Under the pieces are notes generated by a model, which did not search any database, had not been told where the DNA came from, and worked only from the letters and a program-made list of their open reading frames with translations. Below are positions 34,701-40,634 of a stretch of 40,634 nucleotides of DNA, piece by piece. Made by a program: the position numbers and the translations under genes. Numbering within the stretch: the first letter of the stretch is position 1; every line of letters begins with the position of its first letter. This DNA comes from Nitrospinia bacterium (GTDB taxonomy: Bacteria > Nitrospinota > Nitrospinia > JACRGO01). The stretch lies in assembly GCA_029261755.1 (NCBI GenBank), contig JAJDAS010000068.1:1-40634 (forward strand), in the 5' to 3' direction.

Positions 34701-37218
34701 GGATCAGGTCAAAGAATTTTTTCGCCTCCTCAAAGTTTCCGCAAAGGTATTCGCATTCGGCGCGTTCCATGTGGAGACCGATAGCCCGGTTATAACAGGA
34801 CTGGAAGCAATCTTCACTCAGCAAGTCAATGCCCATGGATAAATATTTCAATGCGGCTTCATAAGCGGTGGAAGCCTTGGCCTTTCTGGCTGCCTTGAGG
34901 TTTAGTTCGGCCAGTCGGCATCGTTCTTCCGGGTCCGTTATCAACTCTGTGCTTAAATTGAGTTGTTTCAGGATGTCAAAAACGGATTCTTCCAGCTTGT
35001 CATCCCTGGTATTTTTAAGAAGAAGCCGCCCCGTTTTACAATGAATCTCTTTTTTATAGTCTTCCGGGATCAAAGAATATACCGCCTCCTGCACTCGGTC
35101 ATGTGAAAACTGATAAAAAACCATGCGATCTGCGGATTCCGGGGAATTGACAGCTTTAGGCTCGTAATTTTGGAAAACTTTGTAAGAATCCCCTATTGGG
35201 AGGAGCAAGTCCTCCTGAAGCGCCTCCCAAAGGTGATCGGCCGTTTCCTCCGGTGTTTTTTCAGAAATAATGGACAGGTTTTTTAAGTCGAATCGGTTTC
35301 CTATACATGCGGCAAGTTTCAAGGCGTTCCGGGTATTTTCGGATAACTTTTGAATTTTTCCCGTCATAAGTTCCACCACATTGCCGGTAAATCCCTTGGC
35401 GTTTATTTTGTCCAAGTCCCACTGGCATTGGCCATCGGTCTGGTTAAATTCGAGCAACCCTTCCTTGTAGAGCATTAAAAGGAACTCTCTCACAAAGAAG
35501 GGGTTCCCGTCGGTTTTCCTGGCCAAGAGTTCCGCAAGCGCGGTTGTCTTTTCCCGCGAACAGTTGAAAGTATCGGATGCCATCTGGTTGAGATCGGCAA
35601 CCTTGAGAGATCCCAGAGAGATCTTGTGGATAACGCCCCCATCTTTTTGAATATCATCCAGGGTATGCGGCAAAGCATGACCGGTATCGATTTCATTATC
35701 CCTATACGCGCCGATCATGAGCAGAAATCGGGTGTCGGGGTCGGTGGTGAGGAGATGGATCAGGTGCAGAGAGGCTGAATCCGCCCATTGCAAATCATCA
35801 AGAAATATGGCGAGGGGATGGTCCGGTTGGGCGAAGACCCGGACAAAATCACGAAACACGGAATTAAAGCGGTTTTGGGACTCAGCCGGGGACAGTTCCG
35901 GGACATCCGGCTGCGTGCCGATAATGAGTTCCACTTCCTGGATAACATCGATGATAACCCGGCCATTAGGACCCAGAGAGGCCATGAGTTTTTCTTTCCA
36001 TACTGTTATCTTTTCTTCGCGTTCAGTTATAAGCTGTCGAATCAGGTCCTGGAAAGCCAGGATCAGGGAAGAATAAGGAATATTTCGCTTGAACTGGTCA
36101 AATTTTCCGGAGATAAAATACCCCTTTTCCCGGACAATGGGTTTATGAATTTCATGGATAAGTGCCGATTTGCCGATCCCGGAAAAACCGGTTACCAGCA
36201 TAAGTTCCTTGGTTCCTCGATTAACCCGCTCAAAGGAATCCATGAGGATGGAGATTTCTGCTTCCCTTCCGTAAAGTTTTTCCGGGATTTGAAAGGTATT
36301 GGAGAAGTCCTTTTGGCCGGGAACAAAATTTTCTATTTTCCCGGAGGATTCCCACTGGTCCATGCATTCTTCCAGGTCAGCTTTGATGCCATAAGCACTC
36401 TGGTATCTTCCTTCTGCTGTTTTGGATAGAAGTTTCAGCACAATCTCCGAAATGGCCTTGGGTATTTCTTTTTTTAGCTCATGGGGCGGTCTTGGCTGAC
36501 GGGCAATGTGGCAATGAACCATCTCCATGGGGTCATCAGCGTGGAAAGGAAGTTCGGCAGTGATCATTTCGTAAAAGGTAACCCCAAGGGAGTATAAATC
36601 GGAACGGTAATCCACGGACCGGTTCATCCTGCCGGTCTGTTCCGGAGCGATATAAGGCAAGGATCCTTCCAGTTTACTGGGATTATCGGTCTTTCCGCTC
36701 TCTCTGGAAAGACGCGAGGCAATGCCGAAGTCGGTAATCTTTACCTCTTCGGTTTTGATGTTGACAATGATGTTGGCCGGCTTGATGTCCTTATGAATAA
36801 TATGATTGTTGTGAATGGCCCCAAGGGTTTCCGATAGCCGGATGCCTATCCTGAAAAAATTCTTTAAACTCATTCCTTTGGCTGCCACATCGGTTTGACC
36901 CGATGCTTCCGGAGGGTGAATTCCGTCCGAAGAAATCAGATTTTTCAGAGACTCTCCTCCCATATCTTCAAAGACCAGGGCCATGCTGTTTTGGGAGTCT
37001 TCCAGGGCATAGGTTTTAACTACGCCATCTACTGCCAGGTCTTTCGTAATTTGAAATTGATGTTTTAAGCGCGCAATATCGTTTAAAGAAGGATACTCGG
37101 CTTTAAGGACTTTCAAGATAACCGGTTTTTTGTCACGGTTCCTTTCCCCTCTATAAATGAGGATTTTTGGTCCTTCGTAGATTTTTTCTTTGATTTGGTA
37201 GGCTGCGATAGATAGCAT
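31753..37218 (-). CDS. Giant multidomain Ser/Thr protein kinase - AAA/STAND-like ATPase - helical/TPR-like region - GAF - histidine kinase
   Basis: 1821 aa. Hanks kinase motifs 'HKDIKPANI', 'DFG', 'YIAPEQ'. Walker A 'GFSGIGKSAL'. A long helical repeat region follows, then a GAF region with 'MCVPIVYKGKLTGIFYLEN'. H-box 'GVAHEINTPIG', G1 'DDGKGIP', G2 'GTGGTGLGLNIV'. Confidence 0.9.
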   Translation of the reverse strand: MLSIAAYQIKEKIYEGPKILIYRGERNRDKKPVILKVLKAEYPSLNDIARLKHQFQITKDLAVDGVVKTYALEDSQNSMALVFEDMGGESLKNLISSDGIHPPEASGQTDVAAKGMSLKNFFRIGIRLSETLGAIHNNHIIHKDIKPANIIVNIKTEEVKITDFGIASRLSRESGKTDNPSKLEGSLPYIAPEQTGRMNRSVDYRSDLYSLGVTFYEMITAELPFHADDPMEMVHCHIARQPRPPHELKKEIPKAISEIVLKLLSKTAEGRYQSAYGIKADLEECMDQWESSGKIENFVPGQKDFSNTFQIPEKLYGREAEISILMDSFERVNRGTKELMLVTGFSGIGKSALIHEIHKPIVREKGYFISGKFDQFKRNIPYSSLILAFQDLIRQLITEREEKITVWKEKLMASLGPNGRVIIDVIQEVELIIGTQPDVPELSPAESQNRFNSVFRDFVRVFAQPDHPLAIFLDDLQWADSASLHLIHLLTTDPDTRFLLMIGAYRDNEIDTGHALPHTLDDIQKDGGVIHKISLGSLKVADLNQMASDTFNCSREKTTALAELLARKTDGNPFFVREFLLMLYKEGLLEFNQTDGQCQWDLDKINAKGFTGNVVELMTGKIQKLSENTRNALKLAACIGNRFDLKNLSIISEKTPEETADHLWEALQEDLLLPIGDSYKVFQNYEPKAVNSPESADRMVFYQFSHDRVQEAVYSLIPEDYKKEIHCKTGRLLLKNTRDDKLEESVFDILKQLNLSTELITDPEERCRLAELNLKAARKAKASTAYEAALKYLSMGIDLLSEDCFQSCYNRAIGLHMERAECEYLCGNFEEAKKFFDLILKNAKTRQEKAKVFNLEMVLCTNSGDNHKAVELGIQGLKLFGEIIPAKPGPVNIVPELLKIIWKLRNKKIENLIDLPDLKEPEKLSIMSLLMNLTVPAYFTSQDLLALVTMKMVNISLKYGNADISSYAYSCFGLIIGSGFGRYKAGYEFGQLALKVSQKYQNINYIGKCQSMFGIFLNIWRSHIRTNLDFCSKAYQHSMDCGNLIFAGYSADALIFSLNVKGLPLDDLFQKAQKYLDFANKIKDYDTANFFLLTQKKVLSLKGSTREPGSFSDDNFDEDRHLEEMKKSSEKVPVSWYYINKCQTLFIFEDFATAQKMAMESDMIIEVSMGQVFVPTHYFYYSLVLTALYPSASAGEKRMFLKTLRRNQKKMKRWADNCPENFLHQYLLIVAEMARISGDVNEALKLYDRSIKSARTNEFVQDEAIANELAAKFHLANGSDVIGRAYIREARFAYLKWGAFAKVKCIDEKYPQIASTRSSAGMTTTQELTLSTTDTTADSTSSSDSTSEVLDVATVIKASQALSGEIMLEKLLERLVKVVMENAGAQKGFLVLEKEGQLVIEAEGRVDKEDVAVLQSIPIETRQDLAEAIIRYVKRIGVNVVLNDVANEGMFTNDSYVLKNRPKSIMCVPIVYKGKLTGIFYLENNLTTGAFTPDRLEVLGLLSSQVAISIENARLYTNLEATTENLRKSHEKLEEYSHTLEQKVDERTADLRETMDELKKTNRELEESQEQLVQSEKMASLGQLVAGVAHEINTPIGIGVTAASYFEGSTKSITSDFEKNAMKKTDLVKYFSEAGKSCNLILKNLLRTADLVKSFKMVSADQTSQEKRVFNLKSYLNDIVMSLNPELKKRSHQVEVICSEDIQMDSFPGALAQVITNFIMNSINHAFTNDESGNIKITASREGHEVVLKYIDDGKGIPEENLKKIFDPFFTTKRGTGGTGLGLNIVFNIVNKTLGGRVECESEPEKGTTFTLHLPMRITGK

Positions 37219-37266
37219 ATTCTTTGGTAGTGTTTTTTGAAGGCTCTTTTTTTACATTGTTTTTCT

Positions 37267-37932
37267 TCAGGAAAACGCCTCTTCATGAACGATGAGGTTT
37301 TCCCCCGTTGTAGTAATATATCCCTGCTTCTTCATATTCTTTAACACCCTGGATACACTCTCCCTGGTAAGGCCTAACTTGGAAGAAATCTCGTGGGGAT
37401 GTGGGAAGTCTTCAATTTTAACTCCCTTTGTTATAGGTGTCCCGTCCTTCTTGGCTATTTCCATGATATAGGCAGCTACTCGTCCGGTGGCATCTAGGAA
37501 AGTCAGTGTGCCTACTTTTTTTGTTAAGTCCCTCAGCCTTTCGCAAAGCCTTTTGATAACTTTAATGGAAACGGCTGGATGGCCTTCCATGATTTCAAAA
37601 AGATCTTTCCCTTCAATGACCAAGAACTCGCAATTCGTCTTTGTAACTACACTGGATGACCTTGGCTTACCGTCTAATATGGCAATTTCTCCAAAAAAGT
37701 CTCCTTTTGAAAATTCGGAAAGAATGATCTCTTTCCCATCCTCTGAAAATAAAACAAAGTTTCCCTCACCGGACACCGTCATGAAAAAAGAATCTCCAGG
37801 CTCTCCTTCCTGGAAGACAATGCTTTTTTTTTGGAATTTCTTTCTTGTTGAAGAATGAAATACAAGGTCGAGCTCCTGCTCGTCCAAACCCGAGAAGAGA
37901 GGAATTTGGCTGATCATTTCCTTGCTATTCAT
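37267..37932 (-). CDS. Crp/FNR-family transcriptional regulator
   Basis: cNMP-binding domain: 'IPLFSGLDEQEL', 'FGEIAILDGKPRSSSV'. C-terminal HTH: 'HEISSKLGLTRESVSRVLKNMKKQG'. Start set at ATG 37932 (MNSKEMISQIPLF); the track start at 37983 adds 17 aa. Same strand as the giant kinase and 48 nt upstream of it. Confidence 0.85.
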   Translation of the reverse strand: MNSKEMISQIPLFSGLDEQELDLVFHSSTRKKFQKKSIVFQEGEPGDSFFMTVSGEGNFVLFSEDGKEIILSEFSKGDFFGEIAILDGKPRSSSVVTKTNCEFLVIEGKDLFEIMEGHPAVSIKVIKRLCERLRDLTKKVGTLTFLDATGRVAAYIMEIAKKDGTPITKGVKIEDFPHPHEISSKLGLTRESVSRVLKNMKKQGYITTTGENLIVHEEAFS

Positions 37933-38327
37933 ACCGTCACCTTTTTTGAAGTTTCCACTTAAAAGCAAACTGTGGTACCACATTCCGCAGAGGTCTTTGT
38001 TTTCCTGGGTATAAGATTATGGGTATTCTATAATAACAAGCTAACGTAGTCAAAATTCAAATCACAAAAAAAACAGATGCACGATGCTTGTTTGTCAATG
38101 GAATTACTTATTAGCAGTTACTTAGATGAACATTCTGAGAATTTATCTCTCGCAATCTAAAAATCCTTTGAAATCATAGACATGGAGCCGCGAATGAACG
38201 CGACTAAAGAAAAACCCAAAAACATTAGCGTAACAGCGAAAATAGCTGTAAAAAGGCCAGTAAATATTTTCAAATTGAAGTTCTTGCATTAAAAAATGTG
38301 GAAGGGGTATGATTAAACTTTCTTAAG

Positions 38328-40634
38328 ATGAAGTTTCAAGAAGAAAGGGAAAGGGAAGAAGCCCTCTCTCAAAACTTTAAAACTAATTCAATGTTATTTG
38401 TTACCCTAATTAATAAACATAACAAAGAAAAGAAGTTTTCTATTGAAAACAATGAAGATGTAACTGTTGGCAGATCTCCCGGGAATAAAATAACAATAGA
38501 CGGCAATGAGTTGTCCGTGTCGAGAAAGCAGCTTGTAATAACCAATGAGCAGGGGAAGTTCGTTCTACGAAATATTGGAGTTAACCCGGTAGGACTGAAT
38601 GGTTCTGTCGTTGAAGATACTGCGACATTAAATCATAACGACACAATAATCCTTGGTGAAAGTAAAATTATTTTCCAAGTTGACTCGAAAGAGGCCATTG
38701 TTAAGGAAGAAAATGATGATGGTAAAAACCCGACAATAATTATCCCATTTCAAAAAGTTAAATTAAAAGATGATCCTGAGCAAGAAAGCAAGGTCAATGG
38801 TGAAAAAGAAGAGAGCACACGATATATAAAAGTTCTAAAGCATGGAAAGTATATTGAGTCTCACTCAATCAAGGAAGGGGATGAATTAAAAGTCGGAAGA
38901 GTTTCAAACAACCACATTGTTCTAAAAGACCCGGAAATCTCAAGGTTACTTTTTATCATTTATCAAAAAGACAGCAATGTTTATGTTTCTTATGTTGGCA
39001 GGACCCCTGTTGAACTTGCGACAAGATTGCTTCCCCCAGGCAACAATTCTACAGAGAAATTTAACATTGGTGAAGAAATTAGTTTTCACACATTCCAGTT
39101 ACTTTTATCAGATAATAATGATCGGGATCCCATTGCTGTAAAACATCCTGAAAAGCTTGTAAAAGGAGGAGAAGACTCTGTTAGTTTTCAAAAATTCCAG
39201 TTCCATGATGAGGATGCGGATGATGCTGAAACTATATCTGAGTTAGGGGGAATTTTAGATGAGGGCAAAAATAAATACCGTTCCGTTGCTATTTTAGCGG
39301 GCGTTGTGGTGGTGATTGTTTTTGGGTGGCTGTTTTTGTTTTCTGACGAACAGGAGACATTTAATACTAATGGCGGCTTTATTGAGGGTGAGATAAGAAA
39401 AGTCAGTTTCCAAAAGAAATTCGATGTTCCCGGAATTATAAATTTCCTTGACCCAAGACCGGTAATGAGTAAGGTCTCAGGAAGAGTTATTAAGATTGGT
39501 TTTAAAGAAGGAAATTATGTGGATGCGGGTCAAATGCTTTTTAAGATTGAAAGCCTTGACCTTGAACAGCAACTTAAAGAAGCAAATATCGCTTTCCTTT
39601 CGGCAAAAGAGCAATCGCGTAAATTTCACAGTTGGGAACAATCCTCGGAATACCTCACCGCCAAAGCCGAACATTTAAATGTCATGGCAAATTACAGAAA
39701 AAAACAATCGTGGGAGGATACCCAGGAAATTAATGACGCAAAAAGGGCCATTAGCGACTCCGAAGCAAATATCAAAAACTTACGGAGCAAGATGGCAAAC
39801 TCTGAAAAGCTCTTTAATAAAGGTATTATTGCAAGAGATGAATTAGAAAGGGTCAAGGTCGATTATGGGGTGGCGGCCAATAATAATAGGAGCTTAAAGG
39901 AGAAATATCAATATGTTGTCAGATCATCAAAAGTGGACTCCAAAACCGCCAGGATTGAAAAAGCAAAGGCGGACAGGAATATGGAGTCGCGAAAAAAGAA
40001 CTTTTTCTCACAAAAAAAAATAGCGAGAATTAATTATGCAAAAGCCTCAAAAAACCTGGCGAGAATTAAAGACCTCATCGAAAACTCCCTTATTTTCTCA
40101 GATGTAAACGGCATCGTTAATTTTCCTGTTGGCTCCTCCGGCAAAAAAATAATTCTTGAGGGACAGATGATAAGCTCAGATAATGTCTTGGCGTATGTCG
40201 GCGATTTTCAAAACGTTGGTTTGAAGATTGAAATACCGGAATCGGAAATAAGCAAAATAAAAATAGGACAAGAAGTTAAGATAAGCGCTGAGATATTAAA
40301 AGGAAAAGCTTTAACTGGGGTTGTTTCCGAAATTGCCTCCAGCGCAACTATTAAGGAAAACGCTTCTTATTTTGATGTGAAAATAAAGATCAACATACCC
40401 TCTGAGTTAGAAAGAAAGATTCGAGTTGGCGCTTCAGCCTCGGCCTCGATTATTCTCGATGACGCGCCGCACGTCACGGCGGTCCCAATTACATCGATTA
40501 TTGAATATCAGGGGCAATCAGGCATCCTCATTTTAAAGGAAAATAAGGACATCAACTTTGTGCCGGTCTTAACTGGAATATCCAACCAGGATTACGTTCA
40601 GGTTACCGGGAATAATTTGTTAGTGGGAATGAAG
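38328..40634 (+). CDS. FHA-FHA-TM-HlyD-type membrane fusion (periplasmic adaptor) protein, 3' end outside the window
   Basis: Read by hand; it is missing from the ORF track because there is no stop before the window end (769 in-frame codons from ATG 38328). FHA1: 'VTVGRSPGNKITIDGNELSVSRKQLVI...NPVGLNGSVV...NDTIILGESKIIFQ'. FHA2: 'LKVGRVSNNHIVLKDPEISRLLFII...'. TM: 'VAILAGVVVVIVFGWLFLF'. Adaptor: lipoyl-like 'GRVIKIGFKEGNYVDAGQMLFKIE', a long coiled coil, 'IFSDVNGIV', 'IPESEISKIKIGQEVKI', 'VTAVPITSII'. The start codon is uncertain because the RBS is weak. Confidence 0.8.
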   Translation, partial: MKFQEEREREEALSQNFKTNSMLFVTLINKHNKEKKFSIENNEDVTVGRSPGNKITIDGNELSVSRKQLVITNEQGKFVLRNIGVNPVGLNGSVVEDTATLNHNDTIILGESKIIFQVDSKEAIVKEENDDGKNPTIIIPFQKVKLKDDPEQESKVNGEKEESTRYIKVLKHGKYIESHSIKEGDELKVGRVSNNHIVLKDPEISRLLFIIYQKDSNVYVSYVGRTPVELATRLLPPGNNSTEKFNIGEEISFHTFQLLLSDNNDRDPIAVKHPEKLVKGGEDSVSFQKFQFHDEDADDAETISELGGILDEGKNKYRSVAILAGVVVVIVFGWLFLFSDEQETFNTNGGFIEGEIRKVSFQKKFDVPGIINFLDPRPVMSKVSGRVIKIGFKEGNYVDAGQMLFKIESLDLEQQLKEANIAFLSAKEQSRKFHSWEQSSEYLTAKAEHLNVMANYRKKQSWEDTQEINDAKRAISDSEANIKNLRSKMANSEKLFNKGIIARDELERVKVDYGVAANNNRSLKEKYQYVVRSSKVDSKTARIEKAKADRNMESRKKNFFSQKKIARINYAKASKNLARIKDLIENSLIFSDVNGIVNFPVGSSGKKIILEGQMISSDNVLAYVGDFQNVGLKIEIPESEISKIKIGQEVKISAEILKGKALTGVVSEIASSATIKENASYFDVKIKINIPSELERKIRVGASASASIILDDAPHVTAVPITSIIEYQGQSGILILKENKDINFVPVLTGISNQDYVQVTGNNLLVGMK

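Noticed and set aside
37984-38327. Crp/FNR-type binding site (TTGAT-N4-ATCAA or TGTGA-N6-TCACA) in the divergent intergenic region and upstream of the hydrogenase and cytochrome genes.
   Set aside because: Only half-site-like fragments were seen, with no acceptable palindrome.

Overview
Bacterial chromosomal window, moderate GC by eye, with a visibly more AT-rich islet at about 2.8-6.7 kb. It is dominated by periplasmic redox genes and a dense set of two-component signalling genes. Left to right: (1) a complete-looking group II intron with an RT/maturase ORF (8-2016). (2) An accessory islet holding a receiver protein, two toxin-antitoxin-like pairs, three tandem small lipoprotein genes and an HEXXH protein. 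(3) A Tat-exported [NiFe] hydrogenase operon (small and large subunit, maturation protease), interrupted by a long hairpin repeat plus a Uma2-family gene and followed by a tetrahaem and a pentahaem cytochrome c. (4) A second, duplicated cytochrome cassette (tetrahaem plus two pentahaem). (5) Three membrane kinases that share one about 260-aa extracytoplasmic sensor domain but carry three different outputs: plain kinase, hybrid kinase, and a CheA-type HPt kinase without a CheW-like domain. Each lies beside the hydrogenase or cytochrome genes. (6) Three tandem proteins that share an unusual 'RTGQPG' receiver, fused to three different outputs. (7) A Crp-family regulator and a 1821-aa Ser/Thr kinase-ATPase-GAF-histidine kinase giant. 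(8) A long ORF absent from the supplied ORF track because it runs off the window end: two FHA domains, a TM helix and an HlyD-type membrane-fusion protein. My best candidate for an undescribed system is the duplicated 'multihaem cytochrome pair + shared periplasmic sensor kinase' module linked to the periplasmic hydrogenase. All family names come from motifs I recognise by eye; no database search was run.
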